A stretch of DNA of 63,563 nucleotides, the filler included, from Candidatus Fermentibacterota bacterium (GTDB taxonomy: Bacteria > JAFGKV01), in NCBI GenBank assembly GCA_016928395.1. It is 5 parts of 5 records of this genome, joined end to end, with 100 filler letters (N's around TTAATTAATTAA, not from the genome) between each part and the next. Parts side by side here need not be neighbours in the genome. Positions count along the whole stretch, not along the records: positions 1 to 8,582 come from JAFGKV010000130.1; positions 8,683 to 40,278 come from JAFGKV010000131.1; 3 more parts are not named here. One strand, 5' to 3'. This document shows positions 1-9,899 of the stretch, piece by piece. Position 1 is the first letter of the stretch; each line of letters begins with the position of its first letter. Below the pieces are notes generated by a model. The model saw only the letters and a program-made list of their open reading frames with translations, was not told the origin of the DNA and searched no databases. A program made the position numbers and the translations under genes.

Positions 1-14
1 CTTCCCTCCTGTAT

Positions 15-87
15 GGGCCGTTAGCTCAGTTGGTAGAGCACCGGACTTTTAATCCGGGTGTCGATGGTTCGAGCCCATCACGGCTCA
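15..87 (+). tRNA. tRNA-Lys(UUU); 3' CCA not encoded (CCT follows)
   Basis: Acceptor stem GGGCCGT/ACGGCTC, D-arm AGCTCAGTTGGTAGAGC, anticodon stem CCGGA/TCCGG with loop CTTTTAA (anticodon 48-50), T-loop GGTTCGAGCCC. Confidence 0.97.
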
Positions 88-94
88 CCTCAAG

Positions 95-125
95 AAAGCC
101 TCGCTTTGCGGGGCTTTTTGTTTTG
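95..125 (+). terminator. Rho-independent terminator after tRNA-Lys
   Basis: AAAGCCTCGC-TTT-GCGGGGCTTTTTGTTTT: GC stem followed by a T tract. Confidence 0.85.
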
Positions 126-559
126 GGCTGAGCGGGCGCCTTCGGCCCGGATGCCGTCGGGCGGGGCGAATGTACACGGAATGTGCACGCGCGATGTGTG
201 CGGTTCCTGATAACGTTCACGCGACCTGCGTACTTCTTCATGTAGCCTCGCCGCAGACGCTCGACATGGGGGCACTGGTAGATCGGCTTCGGAACCCATC
301 CACCTCGGTCCACCCCCAGAGACTGGACCACTTGTCGGCGGCGCTGATCTCCTGACTCACGGCGGCGCCGACATCGCACAGGCTTCCTCAGCAGTCCGTC
401 CGACCAACAGGCTACACTGGGACTACGAGCGAGATAGTGGCGGCGAAATGTCTTGCCGCCAACATGCGCGGACGTGGGCACGTATCTGGCTGTCGAATCC
501 GGGGGGCGATGGTAGTGGCAGCGGAGGAATCCTGCTCTTCACAACACGAGAGCGAGTCG

Positions 560-2863
560 ATGCCTGGTGCCCAGCGTGCTCACGGAAGCCCCGCGTACTA
601 CGCTCACACCTTGCCGAACCGCTCGCCAGAGGAGTGGCAGCCGCTTCGAGATCATCTCGTGAATGTCGCCGACCTGGCCGGTAGCTTTGCTTCAGCCTTT
701 GGGGCGAAGGAGTGGGGTCATCCTGCAGGCATGTGGCACGATCTGGGCAAGTTCTCCGAGACGTTCCAGCTCTACCTAGCAGCCCACGGCGACTATCACC
801 GGGAGGAAGTGGCCTCGAGTGACGCCGATCCAGCCACTCCCCTGAAAACCGATCACACAAGCGCCGGGGCGCAGCACGCGGTGTCGAGGGCTGCAATCCC
901 GGGACACTTGCTTGCCTACGCCATCGCGGGTCACCACGCCGGTCTGCTGGACGGCATATCGGAGGGGGCCTGCTTGGACAAGAGACTCCGCAAGCAGGTG
1001 GATCCCTGGGAACACGGTCTTGGAGAAATGCCTCCCCTCGCCTCTCCCGAGGAGTTCCCAGCAGTTCTTCGAGAAGCACTGGACAGAAGGGCTGAGTCTC
1101 CTGAGGAAGCCGCCTTCACCTTCGCCTTCTTCACTCGGATGTTGTTCTCATGCCTGGTGGATGCCGACTTCCTTGATACCGAACGCTTCATGGATCCTGC
1201 CAAGCATGAGAGCCGACTCCGGTGGCCTGATGATGTGCTTGAGCGCATGGCGAGAACGCTGGATTGCTATGCGGAGGGATTGCAGCAGGCCCCTACTCCC
1301 GTGGACGAAGAGCGCCGACGAGTGCGTGAGGCATGCCTCGAGGCCGCCGACATGGAGCCCGGACTCTTTTCGCTCACCGTCCCCACCGGGGGAGGAAAGA
1401 CGCTGTCCTCACTTGCCTTCGCGCTGCGGCATGCGCAGATTCATAACTTGAGCCGCGTCATCTACGTCATCCCATTCACCAGCATCATCGAACAGAATGC
1501 CGACGTCTTTCGCAGGGCTCTTGCCTCAATGGCCGATATCCCCGATCCGGTTGTGGAGCATCACAGCGCTCTCGATGCCGGCAGCGAGACCCTGACCAGT
1601 CGGCTTGCAGCGGAGAATTGGGATGCACCCCTGATTGTGACCACCTCGGTGCAATTCTACGAGTCACTCTTCGCGAACCGCCCCGGTCGCTGTCGAAAGC
1701 TACACAACTTGGCTCGCTCGGTCATAGTCCTAGACGAGGTTCAGAAGCTCCCCGTGAGCTACCTCCATCCATGCCTCCTCGCACTACGCGAACTCTCGGC
1801 GCACTACATGTCTTCCGTGGTCCTCTGCACGGCCACCCAGCCCGCCGTTGTGCGTCGCGAGGGATTCCCCATCGGGCTGAAAGACGTTCGAGAGATCGTG
1901 CCGGACCCGCCCGGTCTCTACGCGGCCCTGAAACGGGTCGTGGTCCGGGATCTAGGGTCACTGAGCGACGAGGAGTTGACCGAGAAGATTCTCCGCGAAC
2001 CACAGGTTCTCACTATCCTCAACACGCGCCGTCATGCCCGTGTTCTCTTTGAGAGGATCGGGGAGCAGGAAGGATGTGTTCATCTCAGCGCGGCCATGTG
2101 TCCGGCTCACCGAAGCGAAGTCCTCGATGACGTGCGTAAGCGACTCGATCGAGGCGAGCCTTGCCGAGTAGTGGCCACCCAGCTCATCGAGGCCGGAGTG
2201 GATGTGGACTTCCGGGTGGTGTTTCGCAGTCTGGCAGGGTTGGATGCGCTTGCGCAGGCGGCAGGGAGATGCAACCGCAATGGCCGCTTTGGCTCAGGTG
2301 TCACGTTCGTGTTCCGATCCGAGCACAGGGATTCGGAATGCTTCTTGCGAGAGACCGCTCAAGTTGCGGACCAACTACTGGGCGCCGGCTCAAGCCCGCC
2401 CCTGTTCGATGATCTCCTGTCACTGGAGGCTGTCGAGCGGTACTTCCAACTGTACTACTGGAGTCAGCAAACCCGATGGGACGAGAAGGGGATCGTTACT
2501 GATACCAGGCTTGCCAATCGCAAGGACCTTCCGTTCCTGTTCTCGTTCGCAGATATAGCCCGGAAGTTCCGGCTCATCGAAGACTCCGGTCAACCGGTGA
2601 TCATTCCGTGGGGGAAGGAAGGGCGGGAGTTGTGCGACCGGCTGCGGTTTGCCACGGAATTGCCCGATACGCGCCTGCTGCGAATGCTGCAGCGCTACAC
2701 CGTGCAGGTTTCTCAGCGTGTCTGGGGGCAACGTCTGGGGAGAAGTATTGAGTTGGTGCACGACCAATATCCCCTGCTCGTGAGCCCAGATATCCACTAC
2801 GACGAGCGATTGGGTCTGGTCTTGGACCGAGACGATCACAATCCCGCGACCTTCCTCATTTGA
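560..2863 (+). CDS. cas3: CRISPR-associated HD nuclease/helicase Cas3 (type I-C)
   Basis: YYAH..WQPLRDHL, HDLGK HD motif, LVDADFLDT, VPTGGGKT Walker A, LDEVQ, TATQP, QAAGRCNR. Start placed at ATG 560 although the ORF is open from 437. Confidence 0.96.
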   Translation: MPGAQRAHGSPAYYAHTLPNRSPEEWQPLRDHLVNVADLAGSFASAFGAKEWGHPAGMWHDLGKFSETFQLYLAAHGDYHREEVASSDADPATPLKTDHTSAGAQHAVSRAAIPGHLLAYAIAGHHAGLLDGISEGACLDKRLRKQVDPWEHGLGEMPPLASPEEFPAVLREALDRRAESPEEAAFTFAFFTRMLFSCLVDADFLDTERFMDPAKHESRLRWPDDVLERMARTLDCYAEGLQQAPTPVDEERRRVREACLEAADMEPGLFSLTVPTGGGKTLSSLAFALRHAQIHNLSRVIYVIPFTSIIEQNADVFRRALASMADIPDPVVEHHSALDAGSETLTSRLAAENWDAPLIVTTSVQFYESLFANRPGRCRKLHNLARSVIVLDEVQKLPVSYLHPCLLALRELSAHYMSSVVLCTATQPAVVRREGFPIGLKDVREIVPDPPGLYAALKRVVVRDLGSLSDEELTEKILREPQVLTILNTRRHARVLFERIGEQEGCVHLSAAMCPAHRSEVLDDVRKRLDRGEPCRVVATQLIEAGVDVDFRVVFRSLAGLDALAQAAGRCNRNGRFGSGVTFVFRSEHRDSECFLRETAQVADQLLGAGSSPPLFDDLLSLEAVERYFQLYYWSQQTRWDEKGIVTDTRLANRKDLPFLFSFADIARKFRLIEDSGQPVIIPWGKEGRELCDRLRFATELPDTRLLRMLQRYTVQVSQRVWGQRLGRSIELVHDQYPLLVSPDIHYDERLGLVLDRDDHNPATFLI

Positions 2864-2879
2864 CTACAAGGAGGCAGCC

Positions 2880-3614
2880 ATGGCATACGGCGTTCGTTTG
2901 GAGGTATGGGGAGACTACGCCTCATTCAACAGGCCGGAGATGAAGGTTGAGCGGGTTTCCTACGAGGTCATGACCCCGAGCGCGGCGCGGGGCATTCTTG
3001 AGGCCATCTACTGGAAGCCCGAGATGCGTTGGATTATCGACCGCATCCGGGTGCTCGCCCCCATTGAGTTCACTCATGTACGCCGCAACGAAATTGATAC
3101 GAAGATTCCGGTCAAGGGCAATACGGGGGTTGAGGTTGCCATGCGGGAGGGCTCGGGGGCTTTGGGCATCTCGGTGGAAGCTCACCGTCAGCAGAGAGCA
3201 GCCATGATCCTGCGCGGCGTGCGCTACGGCATCGAAGCCCACGTGCAGACCCTAGAGACAACGGATGGTGGAGGTGCCCGCATTGCCCACCCGGAGGCCA
3301 AACATCTCGACATGTTCAAGCGTCGCGCTTCGAAAGGACAGTACTTCCATCACCCGTATCTGGGGTGCCGGGAGTTTCCGGCGTTCTTCCGTTTGCTGAG
3401 CGACGAAGAGTCATTCCGCGCGTCTCCGGAAGAGCTTCGAGGCCAGCGAGAACTTGGGTACATGCTGTGGGATGTGGAATTCCAGCCTGATCCTCAGGGG
3501 TCCATAGTCGAGAGCAGCCAGGGACAGCGTGTTTCAGCCATGCCTCGCTTCTTCCACGCCAGAATGGCGGACGGAGTGATTGAAGTGCCCTCGTTTGATG
3601 AAATGAGGGGGTGA
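2880..3614 (+). CDS. cas5: Type I-C Cas5 (Cas5d)
   Basis: WGDYASFNRPEMKVERVSYEVMTPSAARGILEAIYWKP and PYLGCREF motifs; AAGGAGG RBS. Confidence 0.96.
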   Translation: MAYGVRLEVWGDYASFNRPEMKVERVSYEVMTPSAARGILEAIYWKPEMRWIIDRIRVLAPIEFTHVRRNEIDTKIPVKGNTGVEVAMREGSGALGISVEAHRQQRAAMILRGVRYGIEAHVQTLETTDGGGARIAHPEAKHLDMFKRRASKGQYFHHPYLGCREFPAFFRLLSDEESFRASPEELRGQRELGYMLWDVEFQPDPQGSIVESSQGQRVSAMPRFFHARMADGVIEVPSFDEMRG

Positions 3615-3617
3615 GGC

Positions 3618-5372
3618 ATGGTTCTGCATGCTCTCTACGAACTCCACGACCGGTTGGTGTCGGATGCCGCATACGGCATTGCGCCAAGCGGGTTCAGTTA
3701 CCAACGAATATCCTTCGTGGTGGTAGTCAACCCAGACGGCGCGCTCCACGCCATCGAAGACGCGCGGATTCCGGCGGGCGAGCGGTTTCGGCCTCGGAGG
3801 GTCTTGGTCCCGGGAGGGGCCAAGAAGACCGGCTCGGGGCTGAATCCATGCTTCTTGTGGGACAACCCGGCATACCTCCTAGGCTACGCTCCGGACAAGC
3901 CTGAACGGGCGGTCCGGGCGTTTGAGGCGTTTCGCGATCGACATCTTGGCTTGGAGTCCGAGATCGGCCTATCGGACTACTCCGCAGTGTGCCGCTTCCT
4001 TGAACACTGGGACCCAGCTGAGGCGGTTGGGCATCCCATCCTCGCTGACGTGGGTCCGGGGTTTGGCGTGTTCCAAATTCGGGGCCATGCCGGTTTTGTT
4101 CACGATCAGGCCAGGATCAGGGAGTGGTGGGAGAGAGCCCTTGACATCGAGGGCAACCCCCCCGAAGGTCAGTGCATTGTCACTGGGGAGTTATCCCCTC
4201 TTGCCCGACTTCATCCTTCAATCAAGGGGGTGGCCGGTGCCAACTCTTCAGGTGCCTCCATGGTTAGCTTCAATGTCAACTCCTACGAATCCTACGGCAA
4301 GCATCAGAGCTTCAACGCTCCGGTCTCAACGCAGGCGGCGCAGCGCTACACCACCGCGCTCAACGTCCTTCTGGATGGCCCGCAACGGGACAAGCATCGG
4401 CTTGTGGTAGGCGACATCACGGTGGTCTTCTGGACCGACCGTCCCAGCGATACCGAGGACATCTTCCTACGATTTGCGTCGGAGGGCTCTGCGTCGTTGG
4501 TCAACGCGGAGTCACAAGATACAGTCTTGCGCGCCAAACTCGAGGCTTTCCTGCAGGCCTTGCGCAGGGGTCGGGATGCCTACGGAGAACTTGAGGAGTC
4601 GCCGGAGACCACTTCCTACTACATCCTCGGGCTCTCTCCAAACGCGGCAAGAATAGTGGTGCGCTTCTTCCACCAAGGAACCGTGTTTGAGCTACTGGAT
4701 AATCTCCGCCGCCATTTCTCCGCCATGGCCACCGAGCGACAGTGGGGGGACGACGCCAAACGCCCCGACCCGGAATTCCCGCCCGTATACGTGCTGTTGC
4801 GTCAAACGGCGCGAGAAGCCAAGGACATCCCCCCCGTTCTCGGCGCTCCTCTGCTCAAGGCCATCATTGTCGGGACCAGGTATCCCGCAGGTCTCTACCA
4901 GGCTGTCATGAGGCGGATCGCAGCTGACCGAACCATCAACTACCCGCGGGCTTGTGTGATCAAAGGCTACCTCGTGAGAAACCTTGGAAAGGAGGTCCCT
5001 GTGAGCTTGGACGGCTCCCGAGAGGATCCCGCGTATCGGCTTGGACGCCTGTTTGCGGTACTCGAGAAGACCCAGGCAGATGCGTTGGGAGGAGGCACCA
5101 ACGCGACGATTCGCGATCGCTTCTACAGTTCGGCCTCGGCCACTCCGGCCATCGTGTTTCCGCGGTTGTTGCGTACATACCAGCACCATCTTGCGAAGCT
5201 CGAGGGTGGACGCAAGGTGGTGCGCGAGAAGCTCGTGCAAGAGATCTTGGACCCGATCGAAGGCTTCCCAACTCACCTTGCTCTTCCAGAGCAAGGACTG
5301 TTCGCCCTCGGCTACTATCATCAGATGAATGACCTATTCCGCCCCAAAGAGACCGGAACCTCGGACACCTAG
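3618..5372 (+). CDS. cas8c: Type I-C large subunit Cas8c/Csd1
   Basis: FLWDNPAYLLG, ARLHPSIKGV, LGLSPNAARI, AYRLGRLFAVLEKTQ, QGLFALGYYHQ. Confidence 0.96.
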   Translation: MVLHALYELHDRLVSDAAYGIAPSGFSYQRISFVVVVNPDGALHAIEDARIPAGERFRPRRVLVPGGAKKTGSGLNPCFLWDNPAYLLGYAPDKPERAVRAFEAFRDRHLGLESEIGLSDYSAVCRFLEHWDPAEAVGHPILADVGPGFGVFQIRGHAGFVHDQARIREWWERALDIEGNPPEGQCIVTGELSPLARLHPSIKGVAGANSSGASMVSFNVNSYESYGKHQSFNAPVSTQAAQRYTTALNVLLDGPQRDKHRLVVGDITVVFWTDRPSDTEDIFLRFASEGSASLVNAESQDTVLRAKLEAFLQALRRGRDAYGELEESPETTSYYILGLSPNAARIVVRFFHQGTVFELLDNLRRHFSAMATERQWGDDAKRPDPEFPPVYVLLRQTAREAKDIPPVLGAPLLKAIIVGTRYPAGLYQAVMRRIAADRTINYPRACVIKGYLVRNLGKEVPVSLDGSREDPAYRLGRLFAVLEKTQADALGGGTNATIRDRFYSSASATPAIVFPRLLRTYQHHLAKLEGGRKVVREKLVQEILDPIEGFPTHLALPEQGLFALGYYHQMNDLFRPKETGTSDT

Positions 5373-5408
5373 TCACCTAGGCCACACACAGGTAGGGAGG
5401 AACACAGC

Positions 5409-6266
5409 GTGAAGCGCCACGATTTCGTCTACGTGTTTGATGTGAAGGATGGCAACCCGAACGGCGATCCTGACGCCGGCAACCTACCCCGAGTGGACCC
5501 AGAGACAGGGCACGGCCTTGTGACCGACGTGTGTCTCAAGCGGAAGCTCAGAAACTACGTAGCTTTGACCCGCGGCGACGCGAATGGGTACCGCATCTAT
5601 TTCTCCGAGGGGGCCGTACTGAATCGGCTGCACGAAGAGGCCTACGACAGCATCGGCGAGAAACCCGTGGCAAAGAAGCTCCCCAAGGACGTGGAGAAGG
5701 CCCGTAAACTGACGGAGTTCATGTGTCAGAACTTCTGGGACGTTCGTACCTTCGGGGCTGTGATGGCAACCGAGGTCAACTGCGGGCAGGTCCGCGGCCC
5801 CATCCAGATGTCCTTCGGTCGCTCCACGGGACCGATTGTGACGTTGGAGCACGCTATCACGCGCAGTTCGGTCACCAATGAGCGGGACTTGGAGAAGGAG
5901 CGAACCATGGGTCGCAAGTTCACCGTTCCGTACGCCGTCTACGTCGCCTACGGTTTCGTCAACCCGTTTCTGGCTCGAGAGACGGGGTTCTCCGAAGAAG
6001 ACTTGGCGCTACTGTGGGAATCCTTGACGAATGCCTTCCAGTTCGATCAATCGGCGGCGAGGCCGGCTGGCAGCATGGCCTGCCGACGGCTAATCGTATT
6101 CCGGCATCCCAACGAACTTGGTGCCGCACCCAGTCATGCTTTACTGGACGCTGTTTCTGTGCGGACAAGAGATGGCGCCGAAACGCCTCGCTCTTTCGAG
6201 AACTATGAGATTGACGTTGATACAGCCACGATACCGGAGGGGATTGAAGTACTCGAGATGCCGTGA
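5409..6266 (+). CDS. cas7: Type I-C Cas7/Csd2
   Basis: FDVKDGNPNGDPDAGNLPR, TDVCLKRKLRNYV, DVRTFGAVM, GQVRGPIQ, TMGRK. Confidence 0.97.
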   Translation: MKRHDFVYVFDVKDGNPNGDPDAGNLPRVDPETGHGLVTDVCLKRKLRNYVALTRGDANGYRIYFSEGAVLNRLHEEAYDSIGEKPVAKKLPKDVEKARKLTEFMCQNFWDVRTFGAVMATEVNCGQVRGPIQMSFGRSTGPIVTLEHAITRSSVTNERDLEKERTMGRKFTVPYAVYVAYGFVNPFLARETGFSEEDLALLWESLTNAFQFDQSAARPAGSMACRRLIVFRHPNELGAAPSHALLDAVSVRTRDGAETPRSFENYEIDVDTATIPEGIEVLEMP

Positions 6267-6985
6267 GATACGACGAAGAGGATCTACTGCCCTTGTCCGG
6301 GGTTCAGCACCTTGTCTTCTGCGAGCGACAAGCCGCTTTGATCCACGCAGAAGGAATGTGGGCTGATAACGCACTCACCGTGGAGGGCTCTCACCGTCAC
6401 AAGCGGGTGCACGATGATGCGCCCCGAAGAGAACGGCGAAGAGACCTCATGATCGTGCGAGGGCTCTCACTTTGTTCCTTTGAGTTGGGGCTCTCCGGGG
6501 TAGCCGATGTTGTTGAATTCCGACGTCTGGTCAGCTCGGAGCAGCCGGACGAGGGCCGTCTCCCCTTGGGTGTCCAATTGCTAGGCGTCAGCGGTCTATG
6601 GATTCCGTTCCCGGTGGAGTACAAGCGGGGCCGACCGAAACCCCATCGGGCAGACGAGGTTCAGCTCTGCGCGCAGGCCCTGTGTATGGAGGAGATGCTT
6701 GGGGCGCAGGTTGCTGATGGGGCCTTGTTCTACGGAAAGGAGCAGCGCCGAATGGGTGTGACATTCGCGCCCGAACTGCGTGCATTGACTCGGGAGGCGG
6801 CCAATCGGCTTCACGAGCTGATCCGGACAGGCGAGACCCCGGCTGCAGTCAAGGACAAGAAGTGCCGATCCTGCTCCCTAGCCAGTCGTTGCCTGCCTGA
6901 AGCCGCAAGTCGGCGAGGCTCCGTCAAGTCTTTTGTGGCCTCTGAGATCGACCGGATGCTGTGTCCTGAACGAGCTGACTCTTGA
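6263..6985 (+). CDS. cas4: Cas4 exonuclease
   Basis: QHLVFCERQ, GVADVVEF, PVEYKRG, QLCAQALC and C-terminal CxxCS..xC Fe-S ligands. Confidence 0.95.
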   Translation: MRYDEEDLLPLSGVQHLVFCERQAALIHAEGMWADNALTVEGSHRHKRVHDDAPRRERRRDLMIVRGLSLCSFELGLSGVADVVEFRRLVSSEQPDEGRLPLGVQLLGVSGLWIPFPVEYKRGRPKPHRADEVQLCAQALCMEEMLGAQVADGALFYGKEQRRMGVTFAPELRALTREAANRLHELIRTGETPAAVKDKKCRSCSLASRCLPEAASRRGSVKSFVASEIDRMLCPERADS

Positions 6986-8007
6986 AGAAGCACCTCAACA
7001 CCCTGTTTGTCACTACTCAAGGGGCGTGGCTCTCCAAGGAGGGCGAAGCAGTGGCCGTATCGGTCGAAAGAGAGGTCCGACTTCGGGTCCCCGTTCACCT
7101 CCTGGAAAGTATCGTTTGCTTTGGCAATGTCTCCATGAGTCCGTTCCTGATGGCCCATTGCGCTGAGGCCGGAGTGGGCATCTCGTTTCTGACGGAACAT
7201 GGAAAGTTCCTGGCTCGGGTGGAAGGTCCCGTGTCGGGCAATGTCCGTCTTCGCCGCACGCAGTACCGGTGGGCGGATGATCCTGAACTCAGCGCCGCTC
7301 TTGCACGGGCGTTCGTGGTGGGCAAGATCGCGAACAGTCGCATGGTCCTCCAGCGCGCAGCCCGAGACCACCCAGAGAGAAGAAAGGGTCTGACACCGGC
7401 GGTGGACGCTCTCGCCGGGAGTGTCAAACAAGTTCAGCAGGCCTGCTCCGTGGAGACGATTCGGGGGATCGAAGGGGAGGCGGCCCGAACCTACTTCGGT
7501 GTGTTCCGTGAGCTTGTCGTGGTGGGCGAGAGTGAGTTCCGCTTTGAGGGTCGCACGCGAAGGCCACCTCGGGACGAGGTCAATGCGCTGCTCTCGTTCA
7601 TCTACGTGCTTCTGCTTCACGATATACGTTCTGCGCTTGAGTCTGTGGGAATGGACCCACAGGTTGGCTTCCTGCATCGAGACCGGCCTGGGCGTCCCAG
7701 CCTCGGTCTCGACTTGATGGAGGAGCTTCGTCCTGTTCTGGCAGACCGACTTGCGCTCACGCTTATCAACCGACGACAGGTACGGGCGCGAGGATTCGAG
7801 CGCCAGGAGGCCGGTGGTGTCTTCATGAATGATGAGACCCGGCGCACGACGCTTCTCGCCTACCAAGAACGGAAGAAGGAGGAAGTGCTCCATCCTTTCC
7901 TGGGGGAGAAATGCACGATTGGTGCGGTTCCCCGCATTCAGGCTCTCCTGCTATCCAGGAGGCTAAGAGGGGATCTCGATGCCTACCCGCCCTTCTTCTG
8001 GCGCTAG
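6982..8007 (+). CDS. cas1: Type I-C Cas1 integrase
   Basis: MKKHLNTLFVTTQGAWL, RGIEGEAARTYF, NALLSF, GFLHRDRPGRPSLGLDLMEELR, YPPFFWR. Confidence 0.97.
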   Translation: MKKHLNTLFVTTQGAWLSKEGEAVAVSVEREVRLRVPVHLLESIVCFGNVSMSPFLMAHCAEAGVGISFLTEHGKFLARVEGPVSGNVRLRRTQYRWADDPELSAALARAFVVGKIANSRMVLQRAARDHPERRKGLTPAVDALAGSVKQVQQACSVETIRGIEGEAARTYFGVFRELVVVGESEFRFEGRTRRPPRDEVNALLSFIYVLLLHDIRSALESVGMDPQVGFLHRDRPGRPSLGLDLMEELRPVLADRLALTLINRRQVRARGFERQEAGGVFMNDETRRTTLLAYQERKKEEVLHPFLGEKCTIGAVPRIQALLLSRRLRGDLDAYPPFFWR

Positions 8008-8018
8008 GAGGACCAGCC

Positions 8019-8309
8019 ATGATGGTGGTTGTGAGCTACGACGTTTCGACCAAGGACCGCGAGGGAGAACGCCGGCTGCGCCGCGTGGCCAAGGCTTGTT
8101 TGGACTACGGGCAAAGGGTGCAGAACTCGGTGTTTGAATGTCTGCTGGATCCCGAACAGTGGTCTCGACTCAGACTGCGTCTGTTTGATGAATACGACCC
8201 CGAGGAGGACAGCCTCAGATTCTACTTTCTAGGAGCCAACTACCAACGGAGGATAGAGCACCACGGTGCGAAGCAAGTCCCGGATCTTGCTGGCCCTCTG
8301 GTGCTGTGA
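8019..8309 (+). CDS. cas2: Cas2
   Basis: MMVVVSYDVS..RRLRRVAKACLDYGQRVQNSVFEC..DSLRFYFLG; GGAGG RBS before ATG 8019. Confidence 0.96.
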   Translation: MMVVVSYDVSTKDREGERRLRRVAKACLDYGQRVQNSVFECLLDPEQWSRLRLRLFDEYDPEEDSLRFYFLGANYQRRIEHHGAKQVPDLAGPLVL

Positions 8310-8495
8310 TCTCTGAGCGCGAACCACAGGCAACCATGCGAACTGTAGAAGATTCGCGTACAGTCGAAAATGGCTTGACATGAGGGTCTTGGCTTGTTGT
8401 TCACCGCAATCGGTGTGGCCAGCAGCGATGGCAGAGCGTGGTTCGCGAAATGAGCGCCAGAATGTGGCGGAAATACGTGAGTTGTAATGACTAGG
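8310..8495 (+). promoter_or_regulatory. CRISPR leader
   Basis: Non-coding segment between cas2 and the first repeat, with GCGAACC/GGTTCGC motifs common in I-C leaders and a TTGACA hexamer. Confidence 0.7.
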
Positions 8496-8582
8496 GTCGC
8501 CCCCCGCGCGGGGGCGTGGATTGAAACACATCACATCACCCCCCCCAGTCCAGTTTGACGTCGTCGCCCCCCGCGCGGGGGC
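8496..8582 (+). CRISPR. Type I-C CRISPR array truncated by contig end (1 full repeat, 1 spacer, 1 partial repeat)
   Basis: 32-nt repeat GTCGCCCCCCGCGCGGGGGCGTGGATTGAAAC at 8496-8527, 35-nt spacer 8528-8562, second repeat starting at 8563. Confidence 0.95.
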
Positions 8583-8682
8583 NNNNNNNNNNNNNNNNNN
8601 NNNNNNNNNNNNNNNNNNNNNNNNNNTTAATTAATTAANNNNNNNNNNNNNNNNNNNNNNNNNNNNNNNNNNNNNNNNNNNN
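8583..8682. other. Artificial contig linker
   Basis: N run + TTAATTAATTAA (stops in six frames) + N run, 100 nt. Confidence 0.99.
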
Positions 8683-9801
8683 GAGCGCGAGCACGCCTCT
8701 CGAAAGGCAGCGCAGGCCTCCCGGGTCTGGCGGAATCCACGGCTCATCATGGAGGACATCGCCGATCCTGCTCCCCTGCCCGATGAAGTGATCATCAAGG
8801 TCAAGACATGCGGCGTGTGCGGTTCAGACATTCACTGCGTCATGCCCGACTCCGAGGGCTATGTGCAGTTCAGCGGCCCTGCCCGCCTTCCCGTCATCCT
8901 TGGCCACGAGTATGCGGGCGAAGTCGTTGCTGCGGGAGATGATGTGCGCACCGTACGGGTCGGTGATCCGGTGGCTGCGGAAGGCATGCTGTGGTGCGGG
9001 CTGTGCGAATCGTGCCGGAGGGGGAGGCCCAATCAATGCGTGAACCTGGAGATGGTCGGGTTCTCAGCGCCGGGCGCCTTCGCCGAATACATCGCCACGA
9101 AGGAACGCTATTGCTGGAGCCTCCTTCCGCTCCTGGAATCCTTGGATCTCCCTGCATCGGGCGTTTTCGAGTTGGGCGCCCTGTTGGAGCCCGCGGGGTG
9201 CGCCTACAATGGGCTCTTCGTCGGCCATGAGTGTTTCAAGCCCGGAGTTCGAGTAGCCGTCTTCGGCGCCGGGCCCATCGGCCTGGCCGCCGTGGCGCTT
9301 GCCAGAGCTGCCGGCGCATCCCTGATCGTGGCCTTTGATCCCTCAGAAGACCGCCTGCGACTGGCTGGCGTCATGGGAGCGAATCGAACCTGCAGTCCCC
9401 ATGCCTCAGGCCAGCCCGACACATCCTTGGTTGAAGTGCTGATGGACCTTACTGGCGGCGAAGGAGTTGACATCATTGTGGAGGCCGCCGGCGCCGCAGA
9501 GGAGACCTTGCCGATCATGGAGCGAACCCTGGCTCCCAACGGCCGCATTGTGTACCTGGGGCGGACCGGCGCTCATGCCTCGGTAAACCTCGACCTCATG
9601 GTCAGCGGCGCCTCCGCTATCGCCGGGTCGCGGGGCCATGCGGGCCACGGCATCTACCCGAACCTTATCCGCATGGTCTCCGCGGGGCTTCTCCCCTTGG
9701 GCGCCATGGTCACCGCTCGCCATCCCTTCCCTCAGGTGGAAGCCGCCCTGCACGATGCCGGTGATCGGCGTCACGGCAAGGTGATGGTCGTGTCGGAATA
9801 G
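8683..9801 (+). CDS. iolM: Zn-dependent dehydrogenase, scyllo-inosose 3-dehydrogenase (IolM)-like, 5' truncated
   Basis: Frame open from contig start (SRVWRNPRL); CGVCGSD, GHEY, MLWCGLCESC..C, GAGPIG, GSRGHAGHGIYP resemble Thermotoga IolM as I recall it. Confidence 0.7.
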   Translation, partial: EREHASRKAAQASRVWRNPRLIMEDIADPAPLPDEVIIKVKTCGVCGSDIHCVMPDSEGYVQFSGPARLPVILGHEYAGEVVAAGDDVRTVRVGDPVAAEGMLWCGLCESCRRGRPNQCVNLEMVGFSAPGAFAEYIATKERYCWSLLPLLESLDLPASGVFELGALLEPAGCAYNGLFVGHECFKPGVRVAVFGAGPIGLAAVALARAAGASLIVAFDPSEDRLRLAGVMGANRTCSPHASGQPDTSLVEVLMDLTGGEGVDIIVEAAGAAEETLPIMERTLAPNGRIVYLGRTGAHASVNLDLMVSGASAIAGSRGHAGHGIYPNLIRMVSAGLLPLGAMVTARHPFPQVEAALHDAGDRRHGKVMVVSE

Positions 9802-9899
9802 CGGGGATGGAACAAGGGATGAAGGATGGGGGATCCGGCGGCAGTGCGCGGAGCCGCGATCGCGGACCACGGGCTGGTACAACGAGGATCCCAAACGCC

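Noticed and set aside
26-481. ORFs between the tRNA and cas3 as integrase or anti-CRISPR genes
   Set aside because: No recognisable motif; the longest is antisense to the tRNA
8583-8682. TTAATTAATTAA within N runs (also at 40279, 49493, 59794)
   Set aside because: Identical 100-nt six-frame-stop spacers from contig concatenation, not biological
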